Of a stretch of 64,000 nt of DNA, positions 1-15,349 are shown piece by piece. The stretch comes from Octopus vulgaris (Eukaryota): NCBI GenBank assembly GCA_951406725.2, contig OX597820.1, positions 1,054,001 through 1,118,000 of the forward strand, written 5' to 3'. The translations under genes and the position numbers were made by a program. Within the stretch, counting starts at the first letter, position 1. Each line of letters opens with the position of its first letter. The notes beneath the pieces were generated by a model, which was not told the origin of the DNA, did no database searches, and saw only the letters and a program-made list of their open reading frames with translations.

Positions 1-435
1 TCCTTCTTTATTCATTTATCACCCCTTCCTTTCTCATTCATAAACACAAGATTATTATTATAGTAGATTATCTCGGTAGCCATGGGGGCTATGAAAAAAA
101 TAAAGAGCCCAGCAATACCACCAGGTCATTCTACACATCTGTGTAATTTTACGCGCAATTCCACCCAGCCGTTTGACCATGAATCCCAAGACAAGAAAGA
201 ATTGCCCACGTTAAAATTTATATGTATGGATGTACACTGAGAGTATAAAATGTAGATTTATGTTTATGCGTGTAATTATATCTATAAACACACACACATA
301 GATATGTAGATATATAAATATACATATATATGTACAAAGATATATATGTGTATGTGTGTGTAAATACACATCCACACACACACATATATGAATTTTTGTT
401 GATTTCATATAAACACCACCTGGTATTTCGACACT

Positions 436-469
<34 letters not shown>

Positions 470-1235
470 ATGGTTTCATTACCTACAGTTCTTTCCCAGC
501 TCTTCTTGGCGACCCTGCATCTTGACATAAAATTCCTATTGAAATATCTTTCAGCCTATTAAAGGTTTATTCCATTCTTCCCTCCCTCTGCTATTTATAT
601 GTTCTTCTCTTACGCTACCTTTAGCAATATTTGGAGTCTATATTGATACTGAAGACAATTCTAGCATTCGGCTGACATGAATTTACCGAAAACGTGATTC
701 TCTCAGAATATTTGTTCTTTCTATAAATATCAATATTTTAAAATGTAATTTTGCTATCAATTTCTTTGTGTGTCAATGGCTGTCTGTCTGTATGCGTGTT
801 CACTTTTATGTGTGTGTTTGTAAGTATGTTTGTGTGTGTGTGTGTGTGCGCATACGTTTATATGTATGTTTGTGTTTACGTATACTTCTGTGTATATGTG
901 TGTGTGTATGTACTTGTGTATGGATGTATGTGTGTGTGTACGTATTGCTTTTGTGTTCACTCATCTATTTATTTTCATTCTTGAATTTGGTGCTTACATA
1001 TGTGCATATATGCGTGCATGCATGCCTTTCTCTGTGTGTGTGTGTGTGTGTGTAATTGAATACACACAAACACACGCGTTTGTCCAGATAGGTCTATAGA
1101 TTTATATGTATGTGTGTGTACGTACATGCTTATTAGTATGCATGTATATATTTAAGTAAAGATAAATATGTGTGTGTATTTGTGTTTGCTGGTTCTCTTT
1201 CTCTGCATATGTTTGTGTGTGTGTGTGTAAGCATG

Positions 1236-1280
<45 letters not shown>

Positions 1281-1494
1281 AGATATATATGTATGTATAG
1301 ATATAGATACATATGTATATATGTGTGATGAACATCAATATATGGTATGAACGTGGCCGTAGCCAGTATATATATATATATATATATACCATGTGTGTAT
1401 GCACCTGTGTCGGTGGCACATATATAATTGATATTTAACAGAAGCAGCAGACCCGTTGAATAGTGACGGACGTTAAATGATGATGATGATGATG

Positions 1495-1528
<34 letters not shown>

Positions 1529-1660
1529 ATTATAATTGATATTTCATAGTGAAGGGCAAAGAGATTTTTTCTGTTGGCATTTATCAAAGTTTGATGTCCG
1601 CTAATGCACAAAACTCTTTGCCCTTGAGTCACTCTGTTGCTTCTGCTAAAAATTAATAAA

Positions 1661-1715
<55 letters not shown>

Positions 1716-1720
<5 letters not shown>

Positions 1721-1870
1721 ATCCAAACATGAAAGCACAAAGAGAAAACATAACAACGCGAGGACGTGGAAAAGTATAGTGTTATTAGATGCTCGGGAAA
1801 GGAAAGAAAGAAAGAGGATTTAACGTTTCGAGTGGAGCTCTTTGTCAGAAACATAGAAAAAGGAAATCGG
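1716..1870 (-). mobile_element. Microsatellite-anchored short element with degenerate minimal hammerhead (1817-1852)
   Basis: Minus strand reads ttt-CTGACAAA-GAG-ctcca-CTC-GAAACGTT-aaa, then a ~100-nt pyrimidine-rich tail ending in (TA)n. Confidence 0.55.
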
Positions 1871-1964
1871 AACATGAAACTCTGAGTAACAGTTTTTGCG
1901 ATAATTTTGAAGCTTTTTAATAAAAGCATATTACTCTACCTTTGGTACTAAAGTACTGTGTGTG

Positions 1965-2001
<37 letters not shown>

Positions 2002-2084
2002 CTATTTCCTAGCTCTCCTGTCAAACTAATTTTTCCCAACCAGCTGCCATGATTAATCACTAAATCCACAAGTATTTTTAAAAT

Positions 2085-2240
2085 TCTTTCTCTGTTTATT
2101 TCCTAGTTCCTTTCTGTTGAAGAGCATAGGCTCGAAGCATAAAAGACTTTCTCACTTTCCCTAGCATCAAACTAGTACACTTGCTTGTTGTTTATACACC
2201 TACCTTTTTTCGTCTTTTGCTTTTCTGTAAATTTCAGCTA
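2085..2240 (+). mobile_element. Same family, degenerate minimal hammerhead at 2110-2145
   Basis: cttt-CTGTTGAA-GAGC-atag-GCTC-GAAGCATA-aaag, then a T-rich tail into microsatellite. Confidence 0.55.
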
Positions 2241-2770
2241 TGCATACATACGTATGTACGTATGTATGTATCATTAATTAAATATATTCTGTTAGAATAT
2301 TATACCCTGCATTTATAATGAGTGCTCTTTTATAAAATGTCAAAAATATTAATACTATAAAGTATTTAGACATTAATACGAGTGATTATATAAACTGTTT
2401 TTTGAAATAATAGCATGAAATTTGATATCAAAAAAATTCCTCACAAAGATATATATGTCTGAAATAGTATTGTATTAAAAATATATGTAAATATATGAAG
2501 CCTGACAGTTTAAAAATTTGTTAATTAATGCACCTTACGATCAAAAATATTGTCATTATAATGGGAATTATAATTATATTAATTAAACTAGGAACCCTGC
2601 ACCTAAATAATACTCACCCCACCCTAATTACCCAACGAAACTAACCAGTCTACCACAATCAAACATCTACCAAGCGAATTTACCTGTGCAAGAAGAAAAT
2701 TTAATGTAAGACTTACTACCATTGTTTACATTACCATCACATATGTATTAATTATTTTCGCATCCTAACT

Positions 2771-2824
2771 GATGCCTTCTGAAGAGATTTACTTAAACCA
2801 GTAAATTGAAACGATCGTAAATGC
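2771..2824 (+). ncRNA. Type I hammerhead ribozyme-like motif with intact core
   Basis: CTGAAGA (2779-2785), stem II G-ATTTAC/GTAAAT-T, GAAA (2808-2811), palindromic ACGATCGT stem III, GTA cleavage triplet, and imperfect stem I gcctt/aatgc. Confidence 0.65.
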
Positions 2825-3167
2825 TACCTTCGTCTTTGCTTCTTCCTTCTTTGTTATCTAATTAATTAAAGACATACCAGCAAAAACCATGAGTTTCCCC
2901 TTGTTATTAAGTCCGTTTTCTTCTCCTATATAACCTAAACTACAGTTTACCAACTGGACCACCTGCTACCGTACAACCTTACAAAAGACTGTATCTACCC
3001 AGGTAATAACCAGGAGCGACTTGGGATTTAATTATCCCTTAGAGGTATTAAATCCCTCTAACTGATTCCTACTATATATGTGTGTGTGTGTGTGTGTATG
3101 TATATATATATATATGTGTGTGTGTGTGTATGTATATATATATGTATGTATGTATGTATATGTATAA

Positions 3168-4449
3168 CGAGCCCTTGCAAAACCGCTACAGCTTCTTTTT
3201 CAGAGCTTTCTTGCAAGTGGTAAGCTCCCAGTCAAATTGAAATAGGGGGTAATATGCCCTATCCATAAGGGAGGTAGGAGAGCAGATGCTAAAAATTATA
3301 GGCCTATCTCTCTGACCTCACACATCAGCAAAGTCATGGAACGAATAGTCCGTAAGAAACTAATCATGTTCCTTGAAGAAAATGACTTGCTGACTGACAC
3401 CCAGCATGGATTTCGACCAGGTAGAGGCTGCCTAACACAGCTCCTGCAACACTATGACTGGGTGTTAAAACAGCTACTAAATGGCTCAAATGTGGATGTA
3501 ATATATCTCGACTTTGCAAAAGCCTTTAATAAAGTCGACCATGGTATGATCTGTCACAAACTGCATGGTCTCGGCATAGGCGGGAAAACTTGGGGAGTGG
3601 TTGCACAACTTCCTAACAGATAGAAGACAGGCAGTTGTGATCAATGGAGCCACTTCCAAGGAAACGCAAACAACAAGCGGTGTCCCACAGGGCACTGTCT
3701 TGGGGCCACTGATGTTCATAGTGGCCCTTTCAGACATGCCCTTCAGTTGCTAAGATGACCACCCTTGCTAGCTATGCAGATGACACAAAAGTCTCCCACA
3801 CAATACAAAACCCTGGAAATATTGCACATCTGCAACAAATATTGCACATCTGTGCTACCAGCACACAAAGGTAAACGACGTACACACTGGATACACTGGC
3901 CCGGGAAGAATTGCAATCCCTGAGTCAAAATCAGTGCGTGACCTGGGCATTGACATGAGCAATGATGCATCTTTCCAAATGCATATTGCTAATCTGGTGA
4001 TAAAATGCAGACGGCTAGCTGGATGGATTCTCCAAACATTCAGAACAAGAGAGAAGGAGACACTGATGGTCCTATGGAAAACATTCATCCTCAGCCGCTT
4101 GGACTACTGCTCCCAACTGTGGTCACCACACAATATAAAACTAACAGCAGAACTCGAAGCAATTCAAAGAAGCTACACAAAGAAGATCGTCTCAATGCAA
4201 AATGTCAGCTACTGGGAAAGACTGAAGGTATTAAACCTCTTCTCCCTGGAGCGAAGGTGGGAGAGATATGCAGTGATATACATCTGGAAAATCCTAAACT
4301 TTGGCATTCAAAGTTACCCCAACTGCAGAATGGGGCACCATTGCATGATGCCAAAGATTCCAACAACATCACCATCAAAATACAGGACCAGATACTGCAA
4401 CAGCTTGGGTTTCAGAGGACTGCAGCTCTTCAACATCCTCCCTAAATGC

Positions 4450-4450
<1 letters not shown>
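3168..4450 (+). pseudogene. Truncated, frameshifted CR1/L2-clade LINE reverse transcriptase
   Basis: Motifs NYRPISLTS, QHGFRPGR, YLDFAKAFNKVDH, SGVPQGTVLGP, YADDTK, RDLG, RLDYCSQLWSP and LFSLERR occur across several frames, with a stop and an internal deletion. Confidence 0.93.
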
Positions 4451-6290
<1,840 letters not shown>

Positions 6291-6351
6291 TTATGTGTAT
6301 TAATACATGGCCTGTATATATAATAATGGCGAAACCTATCAAAGTATCATG

Positions 6352-6426
<75 letters not shown>

Positions 6427-6440
6427 CTATCTATATATAT

Positions 6441-7330
6441 ATCATCATCATCGTTTAACGTCCGTTTTCCATGCTAGCATGGGTTGGACGGTTCGACCGG
6501 GGATCTGGGAAGCCAGAAGGCTGCACCAGGCTCCAGTCTTATCTGGCAATGTTTCTACAGCTGGATGCCCTTCCTAACGCCAACCACTCCGTGAGTGTAG
6601 TGGGTGCATTTTACGTGCCACCAGCACGGAAGCCAGACAAGGGGGGCACTGGTGTCAGCCACGATTTGGATGGTGCTTTTTACGTGTCACTGGCAAGGAA
6701 GCCAGTTGAGGCAGCGCTGGTATCGGCCATGATTCGGATAGTGCTTTTTACGTACCACCAGTCCAGGGGTCCTGGCATCTGCCGGGTGCCAGTCACAGGA
6801 TTGGTTCAATTTCGATTCCGATTTCGATTTCGATTTCTCTTGCCCCAACAGGTCTTTGCAAGCAAAGGGGGGTTGGCATAGGTGCCTGTCATCGGATGAG
6901 GTTCGATATCGACTTCGCTTGCCTCAACAGGTCTTTGTGTGTCCGAGGGAGGAAAGGCATGCATAAGTGGGCTGGACTCACTTGTCCTGCCTGGTCTTCT
7001 CACGTACAGCATATTTCCAAAGGTCTCGGACGCTGGTCATTTCCTCAGTGAGGCCTAAAGTTCGAAGGTCGTGCTTCACCTCATCCCAGGTTTTCCTGGG
7101 TCTACCTCTTCCACGGGTTCCCTCAACTGCTAGGGATTGGCACTTTTTCACACACCTATCTTCATCCATTCTCGCTACATGACCATACCAGCGCAATCGT
7201 CTCTCTTGCACACCACAACTGATGCTTCTTAGGTCCAACATTTCTCTCAGGGTGCTAACGCTCTGTCGAGTATGCACACTGACATTACACATCCATCAGA
7301 GCAGACTGGCTTCATTCCTCGCGAGCTTAC
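6441..7330 (-). mobile_element. 5'-truncated RTE-clade LINE (ORF C-terminus, 3'UTR and (GAT)n tail)
   Basis: ORF 6978-7292 contains RRLRWYGHVARM...RGRGRPRKTWDEV, the typical RTE C-terminus, continuous with the tail at 6441. Confidence 0.9.
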
Positions 7331-7379
7331 GCATATATATGTATATATATACATATATATATAAACACACATATATATA

Positions 7380-7442
<63 letters not shown>

Positions 7443-7934
7443 TTATATATGTATGTATATATATGTGTGTTTTAATATGTGTGTGTGTGTCTGTCTGTGT
7501 GTGTATATACATATATGTATACATACACACACAATTACAAAATACAAACACAATTATATAAGCATTTACAAAATATTACAAATAGAGAAACACACGCACA
7601 CACACACATTAACGCGTGTGTCCGTGCGTGCATGCGTGTGTGTGTGTGTGTGTGTATACTTATGTATAGAATATACAGAGAGAGAAAGAAAGAAAGGTAA
7701 ATGTGAAGAGAAATGATGAGAGATGGAAGTAAGGAGGTGGTGGGGAGGGTGAGGCATGGTGCAACACTCAACTGTTATTTATGAAACTGTTGCAATAAAA
7801 TGCATCAGTTGGTGCATTTCTGCTTGAACAGAGATGCAACTGCAACCATCGATGATGCTGGTTCTCCTGCATCTTGCATTTTGCTATTGATTCTGCCTGA
7901 CATTATCTGAACATTCTTCAATCTTTTTTGCTAC

Positions 7935-8275
7935 CGTATGTGTGTGTATGAACACACACACGCACACACACATATGTATAAATGCTAACACCCGTTCACA
8001 TGTATACACACACACACACACACACACACAAATACTTACACATATTCACATGCATACACACACATATAAATGCTTACACATTTTCACATGCGCACACTCA
8101 CACACACATGTATAAATGCTAACACCCCTTCACATGCATACACACACACACACACACACACATATAAATACTTACAAATATTCACATGCACACACACACA
8201 CACTCACACACACACATATGTATAAATGCTAACACCAGTTCACACACACACACACACACACACAACTATATAAAT
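7935..8275. repeat. Minisatellite of (CA)n plus tataaatgctaacacc..ttcacatg units
   Basis: About six 40-55 bp units. Confidence 0.85.
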
Positions 8276-8390
8276 GTATGCAATATTTTGCTCTTTTCCT
8301 AATCCTTACAACTTTTCACACCAAAATTCTTCCTTAATTTGTGACGATTACTTCATTATCTTCTCCACACATATCCATGTGTATGTGTAT

Positions 8391-8737
8391 ATTTAGTATA
8401 CAATTTAGTCATTGTAGGTTTACTATTAATACCAATACAGATCTCCATAGAATTAAGTGTTTCTTTGTTGCAGTTTAATTTTAAAGCTAGTGTTTAACCC
8501 TGCCTCTACTTGATTGAATATTGTTGTACACGGGGTAAATGTGTTTGAAAGTTGTGTGTTTTGCTTTTTGGTATGTTTGTTCCCAAGCAGCACTTCTTTT
8601 AGTGCTGTTGACACCACCGGATTGAATGGTTACTGCCCGGGTGTCGAAACCATAATGATATCTGTGGGGCAGCTGATGATGGAGGTATGTTGGATTGTTG
8701 GTATGGCTGTTTTTGTATATGCGGAAGAGTGTTATAG
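8391..8737 (+). repeat. 347-bp unclassified repeat; inverted copy at 46389-46735
   Basis: Colinear reverse-complement match, about 6 substitutions by eye. Confidence 0.95.
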
Positions 8738-8747
8738 AACATCCTTT

Positions 8748-8791
<44 letters not shown>

Positions 8792-9748
8792 GCCTTGTGA
8801 GTGGATTTGGTAGACAGAAACTGAAAGAAGCCTGTCATATGTATGTATACGTATGTGTGTGTGTGTCTGTGTTTGTCCACTCCACCACCATCGCTTGGCA
8901 ACTGAAGTTGGTGTGTTTATATCCTCATAACTTAGCAGTTCGGCCAAAAAGATCAATGGAATAAGTACTAGGCTTACGAAGAATAAGTCCTGGGGTCGAT
9001 TTGTTCGACTAAAGGTGGTGCTCCAGCATGGCCGCAGTCAAATGACTGAAACAAGTAAACGAAGGAAGGAATAACTAAATATATAATTACATGTATGCAT
9101 TCGTTTGTCTACTCAGAAAAACGTATTTATATAAAATATCCCGTTAGACATATGCAAATCCAGGCACCAACACATATACACAAATACATACGCATACATA
9201 CACACTCTCTCACACACACACACACACATGGACATGCACACATTAATGCCCCTTCCACCACCCTCTGGCTTTGACTCCCCCCCACCGCCACTGACATGTA
9301 TTCTTCCTTGTCACCCCCCACCCCACCCCCCAACCAGACAATCTCCGGATACACACCAAACAACCAAAGACTTTTCTACAACCAATTTCTCAGACATTTT
9401 CACTAAATGTTACTCTGCCCTACACCCTCCCTCCCCTCCTCCCCAGCCATCTCTTTTAGCACCTCACCCCATCCCACCCCGCAGCCCAAACCATTCCTTT
9501 CCTACTTTCAAGAACTTTCTTTTCCTCTCCCTCAACCAGGCTCCATTAATTCAAAGCTTTTATCATGGTGGCCAACCGGCTGCTTTCTTCTTCTTCTTCT
9601 TCTTCTTGCTTTTAATTGCAGTTTATGCCATTCAGGATGCATTCCCATACACACACACAACACACACATGCACACACACATGCACACACACACATACACA
9701 CACACAAACACACATACACATACCTTTAGTTCTACAGTCAAATATAAG

Positions 9749-9802
<54 letters not shown>

Positions 9803-11996
9803 TTCAGAGGCTTCCACACAGTTTCTATCTACTAAACTTACTCAGAGCACATTGATCAGCCCTAGGCTATAGTAGAAGACACTTGCTCAAGGTGCTGCAC
9901 AGTGGGACTGAACCCAAAATCTTGTGGTTGCAAAGTGAATTTCTTAAGCACACAGCTACCGTTTGTCTTTTATTTATTTCAGTCATTGCGTTGTGGCCAT
10001 CCTGGGGCACTGCATGTAAAAGTTTCCAGTAGAACAAATCTGCCTGAAAACTTATATTCTAAGCCTGAAACTTATTTTATTGGTCCTCTTTTGCTGAACC
10101 ACTAAGTTACAGGAACGAAAACACACCAACACTGGTTGTCAACCAGTAGTGGGAGACACACACACACACACAAAAAAAAACATACACACACACAGACACA
10201 CACAAAGACACACACACACACACACATACAAAGACACACACACACACAGACATACACACACACACAGACACAAAGACACACACAAAGAAACACACACATT
10301 ATACGACAGGCTTCTTTCAGTTTCCATCTACCAAATCCATTCACAAGACTTTGGTCAATGCAAGGCTACAGTAAAAGCCATCTGCCCATCATTCCACATG
10401 GTAAGACTGAAGCCAGAACCATGGAGTTGGCAGCAAGCAAACTCCTTACCAAAAAGATTCCTTCTAGTTTCCATCTTTTCAATAAATCTATTGTTTGCCT
10501 CTCGTATTCTCAGAGGTTTTCTAATCAGTTTCAGTAAGTCAAAGATAACGAGTTGGTTCTAATGACGACAGGAAATCAACAAGGCTCGGGGTTGAGGGTT
10601 CACAAAACCTTGTAAAGGTCTGTGTTAATAGGCCCTTTAATGGACCCCTATTAACTCACTCCTCACCTCTTGCTGCCACAACAGACTCACCCCACCCCTG
10701 CCAACAGCATCTTATCCTCACCACCACCCCACTCCTGCCACCATCATCACCTCCACCTATACTATTACCATTGTCACCACTACTACCACCAGCGCCACCA
10801 ACACCACCATAGTACTGACTATCACTACCAACACCACCACCATCTACTACAACAACAACAACAGTACTACAACAAATCAATGATAAGATTGAATGCTTTA
10901 TATACCCACTCGATCTGCTAGAAATAGCAGTTAAATCTTCCTAAAATCGCTCTCCATTATTCTAGGAAGCAGCAGGCTGGACAATGTGGTTCCTGCATTC
11001 GCTGCCCCTCAAAAAACAGAAAATCAAGAGGGTCTTATCTTCCATTATGTGGTCTGTTCGATCAGGGTTGATTCTGGGCCAAACAACAACAAGGCACAGG
11101 CATGGATGTGGGGTTAAGAAGCTTGCGTTGCCACCGTGTGTCTTTGGGTTCAATCCTGCTGCATAACACCTTGGGCACAGGTCTTTTACCACAGTCCCAG
11201 GCCAAAAAATGTCTTGTGAGTGAATTTGGTTGATGGAAACTGTATGGAAGCCTCTCAATGTATATGTGTCTATGTGAGGACAGCTTTCTGTTTCTCCTCT
11301 CACTGCTTGACAACCAGTGTTGGTTTGTTTACATTCTCATAACTTAGTGGTTCAGTAAAAAGCGACTGTTAGAATAAGTATCAGATTTTTTTTAAAATGT
11401 ACTGGAGTCACTCCGTTTGACTGAAAAAAGAATCCCTTTGAAGGAGCAGTGCTCCAGCATTGCCACAGTCCAGTGACTGGGACAAGTAAAAGATGAAGGC
11501 CACCACCACCTCCACCACCTCTACCACCACCACCACCACCACCTCTACCACCACCACTTCCACCACCACCACCACCTCCACCACCTCTACCACCACCACC
11601 ACCACCACCTCTACCACCACCACTTCCACCACCAATTTCATCAGGTTTTTTTTCTGTTCCAGAATCAAATAGCCATAATTTCTCTTTGTGCTGACATTTC
11701 AAATGGAGCAAGAATATAATGGGGGGGGTGAAGGGGGGGGTGTTTGTGACTAACACACACAGTTTCTCTTCTGTTGACAAGGACAGAAGATAATGGCAGT
11801 GGTGATGATGATGATGATGATGATGATGAAAGTAGCTGTGGCAATGGTGGTGGTGGTGGTGGTGGGTGGTGGTGGTGGTGGTGGTGGTGGTGGTGTCATT
11901 GACATGGAAATGACAGTGGTAGCAGTGATGACAAAGTGACAGTCTGTGGTGCTGCTAATTGACATCCTGAGAGTCTGCATGCAGTATGACATGACC

Positions 11997-12034
<38 letters not shown>

Positions 12035-15000
12035 TAATGCTAGAACACTTCTAGTCTAGACCCACTGTATTCTTGCAGTTATTTTGTCCTGAATATTTTT
12101 TTTAGTGTGTGTGTGGTTATTGAATGTCCCCTTTGCCATGCTTGCATGGGTCGGATGGAATTTGCTGAGGCAGGTTTTCTACAGCCGGATGCCCTTCCTG
12201 TCACCCACCCACCAACCCTTACCTGTTTCCAAGGTAATATTTCCCCACGTTATTTTTTTTTTTTTATGGAAGACTGAAAATGAACAACCTCACTTGTATG
12301 ACGGGGATGCTCATTTACAACCATAGTGTCAAAACTAGGCTTTCACACACACACACATATACGACAGGCTTCTTTTAATTTTCATCTACCAAATGCACTC
12401 ACACGGTAGTGATTGGTCCAGGACTAAAATAGAAGACACTTAGCCAAGGTATCATGCAGTGGATCTGAACCCAAGACCTCATGATTGAAAAGCAAGCTGC
12501 TTAACCACACAGCCACACCTGCACCAATGCAGCCACACTGTTGCCTCTACAGACACACCTATTCCTATATATATATATATATATATACAAGATAAGAAAA
12601 TGGAGAAATACATCTAAATCAAATATCAATTACCAGATAATACTCAATCACATACTTTATTAAACCACCACATAAGAGACTGTAGGGTTAAATATAAAAA
12701 GCAGAACAAATCAGTGTACATAAAGGAATGTACATAAAAAAGTGTACATAAAAGAGTAATGTTGTATAATAAGTAGAATATATATAAAAGAGAATATAAA
12801 TATAAGTAAATGTAAATATAAGTATAGATTACATCTTACAGCTGTTTCGGCCATGTAGATAAGTATGTCTCATTTAGATTCACTTCAACATTTTAATTTA
12901 ATTTGCCAAACACCTTCCACGCTGCAATACTATAATAATATTATAATAAATTCTTAGCGTCCCCTAATCCACTGCCTTCCTCCCAACACCTCCTTTTTCT
13001 CTACTGCCCTCTTAGGCACCGGCACCCATCTGAACCATCTCAATGCCCACCAGAGGGTGGTAGCACCCACTTTGAGAATCTGTGCTTTATGTGGTTGTAC
13101 AACCAGTTAGAAATAGCAACAAAATTCCTTTAAATCTCACTCAGACATCTTTAAAAAAGGGAAGCACATACTGAACAAGGTTGTATACGATGGATAAAAA
13201 TCGAAAAAAACAAATAAAAAGATTAGCACTAATGCCTGAATCATATTTCTACTCAAACTATGCTGACCTGGGGCTAAATTGTATTACCAGTCATTTTTAT
13301 GGAAGCTTATCCAGAATGTTCTTCAAGTTTGTAGGAAAGTTTGTGAAAGAATTTGCTGAGTTTGTTTACAATAAGGAAGAAAGAAGCTGACATCCTGGGC
13401 TCTCGTTGCCCTTCATCGGATTGTAGGCAACTAATTGTTACCGATTCAGTCACCAGTTCTTTAGATTCCTAGTTTTGCTGTTCTTAAGTTAGGCTGGGTA
13501 CAATAGGGAACATATTACATAAGGTAACTACTGGCCCCCTTCAAAATCACTCCCCTTACTTAGGGATGCTTTTTCTTGCAAATTACTTGACAAGCTCACT
13601 CATGCTGGTGCCAGGGAGAAAAAGGCACCCAACACATGCTGTAAGGTGGTTGGCATTAGGAAGGGTATCCAGCCATAGAAACCATGCCTAAACTGACACT
13701 GGAGCCTCAACACAGTCCTGTGATTCACGAAACCCTGTCAAACATTCAGCCTCCATGCCATCATGGAAAATACAGGTGTTAGATGATGATGATGATGATG
13801 ATATCTCTTGAGTGATAGTGGTTGTGGTGGTGGTGGCCTTTATCTTTCAACCTTTGTTGATGTACTTGGGAAGAGTGTCATTGTTGTCATTCAACCTCTG
13901 GTTGGCTCATTGGCTCTGATGGAGCAGACTCCATCCAAGATATTCCTACTTTTTTAGGGCTGTCTTGGCCAAAATTACATAATGCAGCTTTATTTGTAAT
14001 TTGAGGGAAATTTAGTTTCTATTTCTAGCAAACTAAGCAACCATGTTCAAGGCTCCTTCATTGGCTCCTATCTTCTCGCTATCAGTTTGTAATAGTTATG
14101 GGAATAAGATGCATGAAGTTTTATCTTCTCAAAATATGAACCACAAACCAGTAGGAAATGGAAAACCCTCTAAGAATCTCAGACATCAAAAAGAATTTAA
14201 ATGCTTTCTGGTTCTTCTTAGCATCACTGAAGAATATTTTTCTATAGCTGAGATATTTTTAGCTTGTTGTGCAGCAGCTCTACTCTACTGTATGGAAGGT
14301 GGAGTTAGATTGATGGCTCCAGGGGGCCAAGATGAGGAGCAATACAAAGCCTTTGTCCTCAACCACATTACCCCCAAATAGAAGTCAAAACTGGGATGTA
14401 TGGATGTGTGTAATTCCCATGTAAAAAGCAACCATGTTGGTGCCACATATAACTCACTGGTGCTTGTGCCACATCCAAACCACCACCAGTGCTGGTGCCA
14501 CATTAAAGGCAACCATGATGGTTTGGTACCATATAAAAAAAAATGTAAAACGTACTAGTGCGGGTGCCATATAAAATGTGCACCAAGCATTGGAGGTGGG
14601 GCCACACAGAAAGCACCCAGTACACTCTGTATAGTGGTTGGCGCTAGGAAGGGCATCCAGCTGTAGAAACCAAACCAAAACAGATAATGGAACCTGGTGC
14701 AGCTCTCCATCCATGCCAGCTCTTGTCAAACCGTCCAACCCATGCCAGCAAGGAAAATAGATGCTAGATGATGATGATGATGATGATGATGTGTGTAATG
14801 TAGAAAATGCTCAAAACAGAAGCTAAATTTCTCTCGAATCTCCCTTGCCATTAAAGGGAAAGGATCAACCTCTTGAATAATGTAGTCAAATACAAAAACA
14901 TGACATGGTAATGGTGGAATGCCATTGATCATTGTCGCTCTCAGTCAGGACTGACCTGGGGTTAAACAACAAAAACAAAACCCTGAGAAACAGAAAAGCT

Positions 15001-15297
15001 ATAAAATGCAGCGAGGGGTGATAGGTCTGTTCTCTCTGTTTTGTTCCCACAGGTCTCTGTGTAGGGCTTTGAACCCCCAGATTCTTGTTGAAGGAAGGAA
15101 TAGGGTGCAACGTAATTGGCAGAAGAGTAAGAGGCCGTGAGAAATGGTGTTGATGAAAGGATGGAATAATGGATATTCTTGTACTTTGTCTCTGACACCT
15201 AACAAAACATTGTTTCAACAACAACAGCAACAACAACACTGTGCACACAATTACGCATTCATGCTTATATATCATATAACAATTAATAAAACCATAT

Positions 15298-15349
<52 letters not shown>

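Noticed and set aside
14043-14381. 112-aa non-repetitive ORF
   Set aside because: No recognisable motif or exon boundaries.
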